From the NCBI RefSeq assembly GCF_006345805.1, contig NC_043000.1, positions 45,756,001 through 45,820,000 of the forward strand: 64,000 nucleotides of DNA, in the 5' to 3' direction. Positions 50,795-63,819 of the stretch are shown one piece after another. The notes beneath the pieces are model-generated. The model made no database searches and was not told where the DNA came from. It worked only from the letters and a program-made list of their open reading frames with translations. Position 1 is the first letter of the stretch; the number at the start of each line of letters is the position of its first letter. A program made the translations under genes and the position numbers. The stretch comes from Octopus sinensis. Lineage: Eukaryota.

Positions 50795-50935
50795 GAGCAA
50801 TCTCAAGATTAATCAGCCGAAATTGCGAAGATGATCCGGTTCTTGACTGAAGATTGAAGGCTTCGAATGTCCCGTCCATGTTTTTTTGTATCGTCTTCTA
50901 AATGTTTCACGTTCTTGTCCCAGTTTGTATTTTTT
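50770..50935. repeat. Third copy of the (AT)n-embedded dispersed repeat, inverted relative to 4540
   Basis: atcggagcaatctcaagattaatcagccgaaattgcgaagatgatccggttcttgactgaag. Confidence 0.75.
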
Positions 50936-50944
50936 ACATTACAT

Positions 50945-51000
<56 letters not shown>

Positions 51001-51799
51001 ATATATATGTCACATCCAATGAGCAAGTTATTGGGTAGTTTACAAATTTTTCCTTTTATTTTTAGGTGCATTTGTTGGGGTTTATTAAGACAGAAAAAAA
51101 AGAGTTTGCCATTTAAATGATGTCTAATGTGCTTATGTCAGCTTATGTTTAACCCTTTACCTTTTAAACAGACTATATCTGGTCCAAATATTCTACCTGC
51201 TTTATATTCAAACAAGCTAGATCTGGCCTCTCACACCAATCCTACAATGTCATTCTAAAAATAAGTAAACACCTCGCCGAAATCTTGAAGCTAAGAGATA
51301 ACGTATGATTAATTCAAAACAATATTAACCAAAAACATTGCATTTGACAGAGTAACCTGAATGCTAAAGGGTTAACATTATACACATATTTTATTTATAT
51401 CTTACTGGTAGTGTTACAAAGTGAAATATGAGCAGGCCAGGGTTACTTGATTTGAATGAGATTTCCATTCATGTGACACTGCTTTTATTATATTCAGGGC
51501 AGAAGCTAACACATCAATTGGTGCTATTTAGACATGTCATTGTATTTAACAAGTTCTATATCTGGAAACAGAGTTTCCAATTCAGGCTGTTTGCTGGTAA
51601 TTCTGTTTTTAGATTCTTTTAAGTTTGCACTCCTTTGCTGGTTTTGTCGGTGCTGTTCTTGAGATGCAAATCAGTCCTAATTGGGCAAATTTGCCCTAAT
51701 TGGGCAAATTTAAGATTTAAAACCTTTCTAGCTGTCATTATTGTTGGTGTGGTTATTATTATTGTTGTTAAGGTGGTGAACTGACAGAATTGTTAGCAC

Positions 51800-52190
51800 A
51801 CTCTTTTACTCTTTTACTTGTTTCAGTCATTTGACTGCGGCCATGCTGGAGCACCGCGTTTAGTCAAGCAAATCGACCCCGGGACTTATTCTTTGTAAGC
51901 CCAGTACTTATTCTATCGGTCTCTTTTGCCGAACCGCTAAGTGATGTAAACACACCAGCATCGGTTGTCAAGCAATGCTAGGGATGCAAACACAGACACA
52001 CAAACACACACACACATACATATATATATATACATATATACGACAGGCTTCTTTTAGTTTCCGTCTACCAAATCCACTCACAAGGCATTGGTCGGCCCGG
52101 GGCTATAGCAGAAGACACTTGCCCAAGATGCCACGCAGTGGGACTGAACCTGGAACCATGTGGCTGGTTAGCAAGCTACTTACCACTCAT
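51800..52190 (-). mobile_element. SINE family A
   Basis: Tail cttttactcttttact at ~51803; near-identical to 60538-60955. Confidence 0.9.
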
Positions 52191-52225
52191 GCTTAGCAGT
52201 ATTTTGCCCATCACTACATTGTGAG

Positions 52226-52650
52226 TGTGAAGGCACATGGCTTAGTGGTTAGGGCATTTGGCTCACAATCGTAGGGTCACAAGTTTGGTTCTCGGCAGCA
52301 TGTTGTGACCTTGAGCAAGACACTTTGTTTCACATTGTTCCAGTTCATTCAGGTGGCAAAAATGAGTATTACCTGTATTACAACGGGCCAGCCTTGTCAC
52401 ACACTGTGTCATGCTGAATCTCTCTGAGAAGTATGTGAAGGGGTACGTGTGTCTGTAGAGTGCTCACCCACTTGCACGTTAATCTCATGAGCAAGCTGTT
52501 CAGTTGATCAGATCAAATGGAACCCTCGTCATTGTAAGCAACAGAGTGCCAGTACATGCTGAGTTCAAATTAAGCCGGGGTCGATTTTGCCTTTCATCCT
52601 TTCAGGGTCAATAAATTAAGTACCAGTGAAACACTGGGGTCAATGTAATT
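52226..52650 (+). mobile_element. SINE family C (52226-52553) followed by a SINE B fragment (52555-52650)
   Basis: gaaggcacatggcttagtggttagggc head; family C tail gaaccctcgtcattgtaagcaacagagtgc; then gagttcaaatt...gcctttcatcc. Confidence 0.75.
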
Positions 52651-52659
52651 GAAAAAAAT

Positions 52660-53640
52660 AAAAAGGAAAAAGCAAAAAACGAGAAAGAAAAAAGAGAAAA
52701 AAGAAAAAAACAAACAAAACAATTCACCACCTTGGGTTGAAAAGTTGAAGGCACTGAAAGACCTCTCTAATGGCTATTGAGGCACACCAGCACACTTGCA
52801 GCATTGCCGTGGGTGATGGTGAACAACCAAGCGCCCTCAAGAGCTTCATTAGTTACTTCTGCAAGGTGAATTGCCAGTGAAGAGAAGAATCTTGCAGTTA
52901 GTGGTCCGACACCACCAAACATCTCAAACACCACAGAATGGAAAATGTTGGCTAACAGACCATGGTATTTCAGGATTTTGTTCTGCTCAGCTGCAGAAGC
53001 TGTGGATCTCGCCCTGACTGCAGCCTCCAGGATGTGAGAAGAAGCAAAGGAGTCACTAACTGTGACATCCCAGACAAGAAATCTGCCTCGCGACCAAGGG
53101 CACAGGGTGAGGCAGTCAGGTTTCTTCCTATCACATCTGGACAATCCAGATGGTTCCAAGATGGAAGGAATGTTTGCCTGAGCCAAGCTCTTCTTGAATA
53201 TTAGGTTCAACTCTGTATGATGCGAGAAGCAACTAGCTTTTAGGTGCCAAGAAAGGCCATGGAGGCCTGTGGAGTCAAGGATCCTGCCACAATAACAGAC
53301 CAAACCTGTGCATATGTCAGCTCCCACTGTGAGGGCAATGGCAACATGAAGTATGTCCAAGCTGAGTAGGCCACCAACATTAGCCCCAGCGATGGCATCA
53401 ATCCAGTCACCTGAGTATTTGGCACTAGCAGACAGTAAGTGGCACCTTGAAAACTGGTCTGACTGGATGAAGAGGGAGTCGAAGGTAGCCTTCAATATTA
53501 TGTGGTCCCAAGATCTCTGGCCCTGACAGTCCTCCACCTTCTCAGGAGCAGACAAGCCCAATTCTCTCCAGTGTTGCAGAGATTCATCCAACTCCCTGTT
53601 GGAACTGGTCCATGGTGGAGAGGAGAGGATGTGGACCTAT
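52660..53640 (-). mobile_element. CRE-clade non-LTR retrotransposon 3' fragment (RLE domain), 274 aa still open
   Basis: ORF 52767-53591: SGDWIDA, CYCGRILDSTGLHGLSW...HHTELN (CCHC-like), LEPSGLSRCDRKKPD...PWSRGRFLVWDVTV, AEQNKILKY, HGNAASVL. These are CRE-type PD-(D/E)xK nuclease motifs. Confidence 0.85.
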
Positions 53641-53653
53641 CAATTCAGTTCAG

Positions 53654-54070
53654 GGATCTTTTCGGTTTGAACGGCAGTTTTTTCTAGCGCTGTCATATGA
53701 AATTGTCACCCATAATTATGACTTGAGAATCGATCTATTGCATTTCAATCTATTTTAGTGTTAGGGTTAGGGGTGGCGGGAAGGGTACCTTTTTTTCTTC
53801 ACAAATGTAAATAAACCCAATCTGTTTCTTAAATGAGGGACATATTCATACGGCACAGAATGCTTTTTAACTCAATAGACGTCACTGATTGGTTGAAATT
53901 GCAGAAATTGAAGAAAACTAACAACAAATATCTTACAAACTATAGAATTTTCTCAATAAAGCCAAGAGAAAAAGAAGTTTTATAAACACACTCTATCAGT
54001 ATACGAAGTTTAAAATTTTTTAGTTACCTAGAAATTATGTTACAAAGTGCCGTTCAAAACAAAAAGATCC
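53654..54070. mobile_element. Complete MITE (~417 bp) of the GGATCTTTT family
   Basis: TIRs ggatcttttcggtttgaacggca / tgccgttcaaaacaaaaagatcc. Interior contains ttagggttaggg and gacgtcactgattggtt. Confidence 0.8.
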
Positions 54071-54383
54071 CATTTCAGCAGACTAAATATCATGGTTTAT
54101 GATTCATACAGTATTATCATATGCTCTGGTGAAGGGTTTACAGGTTGATTAGAACATGACTAGGGATGAAGTGAAGTGAACAAATAGAACTAGAACAATA
54201 AATAAAGTAAATAGTGATGACTGAGCGATAAATATAAATAAGGTAAATTTATAGTTAATAAAAGAATTAAATATTCATGTATAAGGCATAAGTAAAATTA
54301 TAAAAATATCTATCTAAATTCAAACACACAAATAATTTCTAACAGGTACTTTGATTTAAACTAATAATCCATCTGTATAAATT

Positions 54384-55588
54384 CTCAACAAATGCAGCAG
54401 TTATTCTATGCAGGAGTCCCTAATTTGCATACTGAAAATATTTAAACAATCTATAAACTCTATATATACTCAACAAATACAGCAGTTATTCAATGAAGAA
54501 GTTCCTAATTTGCATACCGGAAATTTTTAACACTCTATAAACTGTATATATACTCAACAAATGCAGCAGTTATTCTATGCAGGAGTCCCTAATTTGCATA
54601 CCGAAAATTTTTAACCGCTCTATAAACTCTATATATACTCAACAAATACAGCAGTTATTCGATGAAAGAGTCCCTAATTTGCATACCGAAAATTTTTAAC
54701 CTCTCTATAAACTGTTTAAATACTCAACAAATGCAGCAGTTATTCTATGCAGGAGTCCCTAATTTGCATACGGAAAAGTTTAACACTTTATAAACAAATA
54801 CAGCAGTTATTCTATGAAGGAGTCCCTAATTTGCATACCAAAAATTTTTAACCCTCTATAAACTGTTTAAATACTCAACAAATGCAGCAGTTATTCTATG
54901 CAGGAGTCCCTAATTTGCATACTGAAAATATTTAAACAATCTATAAACTGTATATATACTCAACAAATACAGCAGTTATTCTATGCAGGAGTCCCTAATT
55001 GCATACTGAAAATTTAAACAATCTATAAACTCTATATATACTCAACAAATACAGCAGTTATTCAATGAAGAAGTTCCTAATTTGCATACCGAAAATTTTT
55101 AACACTCTATAAACTGTATATATACTCAACAAATACAGCAGTTATTCTATGCAGGAGTCCCTATTTGCATACTGAAAATATTTAAACAATCTATAAACTC
55201 TATATATACTCAACAAATACAGCAGTTATTCGATGAAAGAGTCCCTAATTTGCATACCGAAAATTTTTAACCTCTCTATAAACTGTTTAAATACTCAACA
55301 AATGCAGCAGTTATTCTATGCAGGAGTCCCTAATTTGCATACGGAAAAGTTTAACACTTTATAAACAAATACAGCAGTTATTCTATGAAGGAGTCCCTAA
55401 TTTGCATACCAAAAATTTTTAACCCTCTATAAACTGTTTAAATACTCAACAAATGCAGCAGTTATTCTATGCAGGAGTCCCTAATTTGCATACTGAAAAT
55501 ATTTAAACAATCTATAAACTGTATATATACTCAACAAATACAGCAGTTATTCTATGCAGGAGTCCCTAATTTGCATACTGAAAATTTT
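54384..55588. repeat. 84-85 bp minisatellite, 15 units, with a 7-unit higher-order repeat
   Basis: Unit actcaacaaat(a/g)cagcagttattctatgcaggagtccctaATTTGCATac... Variant order repeats with a ~572 bp period (54468 vs 55040; 54637 vs 55208). Confidence 0.95.
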
Positions 55589-55919
55589 CATCAAACATTT
55601 TCATCAAACTGAAATTATTGTTTCATGGAGACGATAGCAAAAGAACCTGAATTTTAAGAATGTCAAATGGTTAGAGTATCCAACTATAAAAACTATGCCA
55701 AAGTAGACAATGGATCTAGGCACAGTCCTCTGGCTTATCAACTTCTGCCAACCTTTTCCTAGGATAGATGCCCCCCCCAGCTCTTCTATAAAGCCCTTGG
55801 TCTGAGCAGACGCCTCAGGCACCGGCACTCTTCACACCCATCAGGATGAAGAGGCTCAATTCATCACTACAGATTAAATATTTGGATACAAGTTAATGCT
55901 GATGATAATGATACCAATA

Positions 55920-56135
55920 ATGATCATCATCATTTAATGTCTTCCTTCTAATCTGGTATGGGTTTGACAGTTTGACAGGAGCTGGCCAGGCAGGAGTCGA
56001 CAACACACTTCAGTGTCTGTTTTGGCATGGTTTTTACGGTTGGATGCTCTTCCTAACACCAACCACCCCACAGAGCGGGCTAAGTGCTTTTTACATGGCA
56101 CTAGCACAGGTGAGGTCACTTTTGGCATGGGCTTT
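55920..56135 (-). mobile_element. RTE-type LINE 3' UTR remnant
   Basis: Reverse complement of the 25900-26160 block; (ATC)n at 55920. Confidence 0.65.
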
Positions 56136-56240
56136 TTAAAATAATCAATATCGACTTCAACTTTTGGCACGAGGCCAGCAAGATTGGGGTAAGTCTATTT
56201 ACATTGACCCCAGTGCTCAACTAGTATTCATTTTATTGAC

Positions 56241-56468
56241 GGCGAGCTGGCAGAAACGTTAGCACACCGGGGCGAAATGCTTAGCAGTATTTCGTCTGCG
56301 TTACATTGTGAGTTCAAATTCCGCCGAGGTCGACTTTGCCTTTCATCCTTTCGTGGTCGATAAATTAAGTACCAGTTACGCACTGGGGTCGATGTAATCG
56401 ATTTAATACCTATGTCTGTCCTTGTTTGTCCCCTCTGTTTTTAGCCCCTTGTGGGTAATAAAGAAATA
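56241..56468 (+). mobile_element. Young SINE family B copy nested in an older antisense SINE-B-related copy (56185-56600)
   Basis: 18 bp target-site duplication agtattcattttattgac at 56223-56240 and 56469-56486. Confidence 0.92.
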
Positions 56469-58429
56469 AGTATTCATTTTATTGACCCTGAAAGGATGGA
56501 AGGCAAAGTCAACCTTTGTGGAATTTGAACTCCAAACGTAAAGACAGATAAAATGCCACTAAGCATTTTGTCTAGCATGCTAATGATTTGTCAGCTTACC
56601 ACTTTTGATAATACCAATATTAACAGCATTTCTGTCATTGAGGACTAAATCTTGGGATTCATTTGTAGTCACCACATTACTGTAAATTATTATGATAATA
56701 ACAATTTCTTACATTACCACAACAATCACAGAAGAGCCGAATCAATTGAAACTATAATAGATTAATACATACCTAGAATTTCATCCTCCTCTAAGGTCTT
56801 CTCTTAACTACAGTGAAGGTCTCATAAGTAATAACAACTTTTCTTCTGTCAAAATAAGTGAGATGTGTCAACTGACTCAAGCAACAAAGCCAGAATTGTC
56901 TTTTAGTATATGTATTATGCTGGGTCATTTGTTTTTGCCTTTGTCCACCTTGGCATCACTGAAGATTGAATCTTTGTATTCAATACTGTCTATATTTTCT
57001 GCAGACATCTGTTAATTCTGTCCTTCAGGTCCTTTTTTCACTTCAAGTGAAACTTCATGTGGTAAAAAGAGAGCGGAGTGGGTGGATCCCAGAATATTAC
57101 TGAGAAAACATTGCAAGTTGAGGTGTTGGCTGTTTTTGCATGTATAACATCTCCAAAAGAAACTGAAATTGCACCACGTCCATTATTGTCAGACCAAGTC
57201 AAAATCAGATCAAACTTAATTAACATTCCACTGACAAACAGTTGATATGTTACACCAACAAGGGAATCCTTATTTGGTTACTTAACCTTCTAGAAATAGT
57301 AGTCAAATCTGTCACATCCAATGATATTGAAAGAAAAGGCAACATTGGGTGATGTAGTCCTAAGTAAACTATGTTTGATCATATAGCACATGTGGTGCAG
57401 TTCCACAAAATACCACCTAAAGCTTTTCATAAAAGAGAAAAAAATGTTGATTTCAATTGACTTAAACTGGCAAAAATTATAAATTTGAAATACTCCTCTA
57501 TGGCCTTTTTCTAGTTTCATCTAGTTGGTTGTGATATTTTTCTGCTTTAATTTGAGAAAAACTACTTGATTGACAGTGTATACGTGGAGTTGTGAGTGTT
57601 AGGTATGTGTGCATTCGTGTGCATGTGCATGTGTGCATGTGTATGTGCGCGTGTGTGCATGTGCGTCTATATGTGTATGGGTATGTGTATGTGTGTATGT
57701 GTATGTTTATGCCCATGTGTGTGTAATTGTGTGCATATCTGTATGAATGTGTGTTATATGTGTGGGAGGTATGTGTGCATACGTGTGCGAGTGTGTGTAT
57801 GTACGTGTGTATATGTGTGTGCGTGTGTGTGTGTAATTGCGCGTGTGCGTGTATATGTGCGTGTGAACGTGGAGATGTGTCGAGTTACGTGTGTGTTTTG
57901 TTACGTGCATTCACTTGTGTTTGTGTATGTATGTGTATGTGATTGTGTGTACGTATCTACGTTTATGTGTGCATGTGTGTGTATCTAGGTGTTTGCGTGG
58001 TGTTGTGTGGGTTAGGTATATGTGCATTCCTGTGCGTGTGTGAGTATGTATGCATGTGTGTGTGCTCATGTATGCTCGTGTGTGCATGTATATGTGCTTG
58101 TGTGTGTGTATGTGCATGTGTGTGTGTGCACGTGTATACTCGTGTGTGCATGTGTATGTGCTTGTGTGTATGTGTGTGTAAGTATGTGTGTGTATATATG
58201 TGCATGTATGTGTGTTGTGTGTGTGGTGTGTGTGGTGTGTGTGGGAGGTATATATGCGTTCATGTCTGTGTATTTTTCGTATGTGTGTGTATGTGTGCGT
58301 GTATATAGAAATAACAATTATAATACATTATAGAAAATAAGGTTGAAAGGGGATAAAGAAGTTAATACAATATAAAATGGCGCAATTAAAAACAAAACAT
58401 GAAAAATGAAATAAGGTTGCTTTGTTGCA

Positions 58430-58960
58430 GGAGGTTGTAGAAGCAGTCAATAAGAGGAGGGGTTGTGTTTAGTCTGAGGGGAGAGTTGTTCGTAGATTAA
58501 AAACATGATACTGTTCTAGGCAAAGTCGTGAGTGTGTGGATCTGTAGTGTAGAGCAGGGCGAAGCTGGAGATGTTAGAGGGGGAGTGGTTGACCAAGCAG
58601 AAGTGATGGCGACGGAGGTGTTCAAACGTCGTCAAACATCGCTTAGATATTCAGTGAAGCGGTCGGCCAATCGGTGGTCCCTCTGACCTACATACAGTTT
58701 ACCACAGAAGTTGCATCTAATACGGTATATGAGGCTAGAAGAGGGTGCAAGAGAAGGAATTTATGATGCAAAGAATGTGCTGATTGGAACCAGTGAGAGA
58801 GGTAGTGTTGGTGATGAAGGGGCAGGTGTGACAGCAGGATCTGGTGCATGGAAGGATCCGGGTGGGGCTGGGTGGAGAGGAGAAGGTGCTACAGACCAGA
58901 AGATCATGTAGGTTCTGGGTGCATATAAAGGTGGACAAGGGTGGGTTAGGTGAAAAATGG
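58430..58960 (-). mobile_element. Penelope-like element, decayed GIY-YIG endonuclease
   Basis: Minus frames give PCTRSCCHTCPFIT...FSCT..SLIYRIRCNFCGKLYVGQRDHRLADRFTEYL...VAHHF...HS, i.e. the Cys motif plus GIY-YIG (IY-x-C..C...YVG). Confidence 0.85.
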
Positions 58961-60537
58961 GGCGGGTGGTACTTCCTTGCCTTGATATTACATGATAGCT
59001 CTTATCAAGTGCCATTGTCAAGCAGTGATTTTCATACTTAGCCTTCAATTGCAAACGTCATTTATTTTTATGTAATGAATGACTGATTTTTACATGTATT
59101 TGTGGCACAATATAAGAAAATTGGGAACCATTACCTTTAACATAGCTTTAATTTAACATACCTTATTACAGATTTCACCTGTTTTTAGTGTATCACTATC
59201 TTTATATATAGCCACAAGTATTATGAAAACAAAGCAGTATACAGGAAATATAGTATTATTTCATCCTTTTTGCAGACAACATCTACTTTTTCAGGGTCAT
59301 TTCTCACAAATATTGCTTTAAAAGCAATATGAAAATCTTAATCGCTTTCTTATTAAAACACATTAAACAGAAGTATGTGTTGAATGTATGTGACAAACGA
59401 ACTGCTATATATATACAACTGTCTAATTCATATATTTTATACTATTTTTAGTACATTTTAGACATAATCATGCCTGCAGAAATATTTATATTAATAAATA
59501 TCTATTTAAAAATATTATGATACAGCCGCAATAAAATGCTTTGCGTAAAAGTTTTAATTAGTTTTTTAAAACTGTGAAGAGTTAGATGGCTTTTATAAAA
59601 ATAAATTAACTTTTACACTTACTGAAATAGTAATCTTGATGATTAGAATATAATTAAATGGATAATTATAGACTAAGATTATGTTGAAAGTCATAATTTA
59701 TATATGTATCTGAACCAGAGACAGTCGGGCATATTGGTGTCGTGACTTAAGTGTATAGTATAAGTATGTGTAGTTCTAGTTGTTACAGGCATTGACGCTA
59801 CATCGAAGAGGCCAGGGAACAGAAGAAAGAAAAAGAAAGAAGACATGCACCCAACACCAGAGCTGAAGACACCTCCGAAAGAAAAGTGCCCTGCCATGTC
59901 AAAATGGTAGAGGAGCAGGGTTCGAAACCAGACGTGGTTCCCCCTGATGATGTCTTGAACTAACTGGATTCTATAAAGGAATTGTTGTGGTAGCAGAAAT
60001 TCCGGTTGAAATTCCTTCCTGAGACAGGACTAGAAATTTGAAATTGGAATTAAGGAATTAGAAGAAAAAGATGGACAGGATTTCTTATCAGAAAATACTT
60101 AAAATTTCTAACCAATGGTAATCATGTATAGCATTATCTTATCCGTTTTTAAAATCATCAACATGACCTTACCTGTGACTTAATAAGTAAATATTCTGTG
60201 AAGTAAGATATTTCAGTAAAGATGGAAAGAAGTTCGGCCTGGAATGTGTTGTTTTGCTTTTCTTCATAAAAGCTTACTCGTTTAGGAGCTTAGAAAATAA
60301 AGAGAGAGAGAGAGAGTTCTTAATGTTTACATAGAGAGCAATAACTGTTTGCAAGGAGTTTCAAGTCATGAAAATATCATATAGCAGCCAACAATTTCAG
60401 TTTTAACTACAAAGAATGGAACAAGTAATTTTCTGATGTATTGTTTGGAGTGTAGACATTCGTTTCAAGCTGTTATTTATTATTTATTTTTTTAAGGTGT
60501 ATTCCTTGATATGTGTAGTGGAACCAACATCATCTCG

Positions 60538-60955
60538 CTTTTACTCTTTTACTCTTTTACTTGTTTCAGTCATTTGACTGCGGCCATGCTGGAGCACCAC
60601 CTTTAGTCGAGCAACTCGACCCCGGGACTTATTCTTTGTAAGCCCAGTACTTATTCTATCGGTCTTTTTTGCCGAACTGCTAAGTGATGGGGACGTAAAC
60701 ACACCAGCATCGGTTGTCAAGCAATGCTAGGGGGACAAACACAGACACACAAGCACACACACACACATACATATATATATATACATATATACGACAGGCT
60801 TCTTTCAGTTTCTGTCTACCAAATCCACTCACAAGGCATTGGTCGGCCCGGGGCTATAGCAGAAGACACTTGCCCAAGATGCCACGCAGTGGGACTGAAC
60901 CTGAAACCATGTGGCTGGTTAGCAAGCTACTTACCACACAGCCACTCCTGTGCCT
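60538..60955 (-). mobile_element. SINE family A, full-length
   Basis: Triple ttttactc tail, complete body and head. Confidence 0.92.
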
Positions 60956-62410
60956 ATTCATAAACACTCATCACCTTCAACAGTTTAAAACAGATTTTCA
61001 AAAAATCATAGCTGAAAGTCTCCAAATAATTCCCCAAACAATTACAGCTATTATATGGAAATTATTTCATCATAGTATGAGCTAAGATTAGAAACTAGAA
61101 CTGATAAACAAAGAATGATAAGGAAAAAGATGAATAGCATTCACAAGTTTAATTTTTTTGGTTAAGCTTTTTTGTTTATGAAGTTCTTAAAATTTCCAGT
61201 CATTGGTAATCAAGTAAAGCACCATTATTTTATGGAAAAAAAAGTTATTTTCCTTTATTAAACATTCAACACACCCTGATGATGAAGAATACATCCATCA
61301 TAACATACTACTGATATCGGTATCTGTAATATCCACTATAAGTTGAGTGACTTTTTAGCAATAGTATCATTTAAACATGTCCTCAATTGTTTCTTACTGA
61401 AAACACCTTGGCTTGAACATTTTTTCCTTGTGGGGAAAAAACAAAAGGAATAGAATTATATGTTTTAAAAGAAAACTCAGTTCCAATTTTTAAATTAGAT
61501 TCTAAAAGAATAGAGACCTGAGCTGGAACAAGTAACTCTTCTTTATAACAAGCATGAAACATTTCTTTTTCCTTTTTTTTTTCTGAGTGGTGAGGAATGC
61601 ATGCTGTTTTTTCCATAGTATTAATAACTGCAGAGATAACAGCATGGGAGTGAAATTTTTTAAACAACATTAGGTGAAATATTTGATACAATAGAATTAA
61701 TTTAAATCATTTCTTTAAGAACAAAAACTTAAAATATTAATTAAGAGTTTTCTCAATATATCTATTTAGTTAGAATGCGAAATTTTTTTTTCTTCCTTTT
61801 CAGTTTTTATCCCAAAAAGTATTATGAAGCTATACAACTGTGAATGTAATAAGAAGTGATTTGAAATATAATACATTACATTAAAATTTAAGGCAAGTTT
61901 ATCTTTAAGTCTCATAATATTTTCTTTGAGTACGTGCATCAGTTTGTGAAGAAATACAATTCAAATGTCAAAATGAAAAGATTTTGCGATGACAGATCAA
62001 CTTGAACTAGAAGCTTTTATTATGTAGCCAGAACACCTAAATTTTGGATATCATACCATATGAAGGAGATAATTAAATAAATGACAAACACATTACAATT
62101 ATTGAGTTAGTGTTAACATTTAATGCAAGAGACCTTAAAAAGATAAATATAAATAATTATAGCGAGGAAAATAATATGAGCCATTTACCTTTAATATGTA
62201 TTGTAAGCTGATCGGTGTTGCTGGAGAGTTCGAAGTTTCCTGCACTTAGCAAAAAAAAAAAAAAATTATCAATCATTGACTATTCTTGTTCCTCAATTCA
62301 TAATTATTTTTAGTTAGCTTTTTATTGCTCTCTGCATTAACACTAACTTAACATATATAATACTCATTGGTAACAATTTTATCAAAACGTAACAATTATA
62401 TAAAAAAAAT

Positions 62411-62598
62411 GGTGGTGAGCTGGCAGAATCGTTGGCATGCCAGGCGAAATGGTTAGCGGTATTTTGTCTGCCCTTACGTTCTGAGTTCAAATTCTGCTGA
62501 GGTCGACTTTGTCTTTCATCCTTTTGGGGTCGATAAATTAAGTACCAGTTATACACTGGGGTTGATATAATCGACTTAATCTGTTTGTCTGTCCTTGT
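62411..62598 (+). mobile_element. SINE family B, 3'-truncated
   Basis: ggtggtgagctggcagaatcgttggc head and central block. Confidence 0.85.
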
Positions 62599-63590
62599 TA
62601 AACTTTTTAAATTCACACCATATGTCATATATTTTATTAATAGCTTATTTCATAGATGAATAATAGAAACAACATTTCATAATTAGCTTAATCTCCTGTG
62701 AATGCAGTAGTGGATTATTCATATGTTAAGGAAGCTGAGTTTTTTATTTTATCTTAAAAACTCTGTACCAAATCCCTACTTAGAATTTGGAACTGGGAAT
62801 CAATATTTCCAATTAGAAAATTTTGATGAATATGCAAAACACCCCATATTGACTGATGATGTCATAAACAAGGTGACCACTAATTTTCTTTGAATAGACA
62901 TGAAGATGATGAATTTTCCTTGATTGATGTCAGCAAAAATTGATTGTTTGCATTACTCAAATGTACTTGATGACATTAGGTAATTAACCAATCAAGGTCG
63001 TTGATGAAAATCATTAAACCCTAATATAAGATTTTTCAAGAAGTCAGGGAAGAGAGCAGACAAGAGAAAAGAAACAAATGCAGTTAAGTGTTATGTCAGT
63101 CACTATTGGCTGCCAGCTGTTTGATTTGGCTGAATTGTCAAATATTCAGAGCTACAACATGAATGAACTGAGCTATTACTAAATAAAAAAAAATTACACT
63201 ATGGTAGATGGCAACTGCATTCCACTCTCTTTCTTTCTCTCTTTCCCTCTCATGTATAACTATAGAACTAGTCCATTGCTTCATCACTGTATGAAAAGGA
63301 CTTCACTTTGCTTTAGCTGTAGTACCCTATGGTGCCATTGTGGTCAATTCAATATCTAGGCACTTGGCATAGGATGCACTGAAACCTTGCTCCTGTCATT
63401 CATTTAATCATTAAAATTTTCTTTTCTGATAATGAAATAAATACATGCAATTTCATCATGTGCTTTATTTACCAAAGATAATTAACATAACTAACAAATG
63501 AGATGTGTTTATTCTGTAAAAATATATTGAATTACTTACATTCTAATCAATAATACAAATAGATACTTTCATAACCAGATACTTTCATAA

Positions 63591-63819
63591 GGATGGTGAG
63601 CTGGCAGAAACGTTAGCACACCGGATGAAATGCTGAGCGGAATTTCGTGTCGTTACGTTCTGAGTTCAAATTCCGCCAAGGTCGACTTTGCCTTTCATCC
63701 TTTCAGGGTCGATTAAATAAGTACCAGTTACGCACTGGGGTCGATATAATCGACTTAATCCGTTTGTCTGTCCTTGTTTGTCCTCTCCGTGTTTAGCCCC
63801 TTGTGGGTAGTAAAGAAAT
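63591..63819 (+). mobile_element. SINE family B, full-length with a target-site duplication
   Basis: 14 bp TSD agatactttcataa at 63577-63590 and 63820-63833. Tail tagccccttgtgggtagtaaagaaat. Confidence 0.92.

Noticed and set aside
54384-55588. CRISPR-like array or C2H2 zinc-finger repeat (84 bp = 28 codons)
   Set aside because: No unique spacers. Units alternate 84/85 bp, frames are broken by stops or unit-length shifts, and there is no C-x2-C...H-x3-H or TGEKP pattern.
56770-57400. Exon-like stretch with a minus-strand donor at ~56772
   Set aside because: All minus frames are interrupted and part of it is an old repeat; it could be a UTR exon but this is unsupported.
61383-61691. 102 aa minus ORF, and a 57-codon plus frame at 62723-62893
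   Set aside because: Protein-like composition but no motif, homology or splice-consistent model could be recognised.
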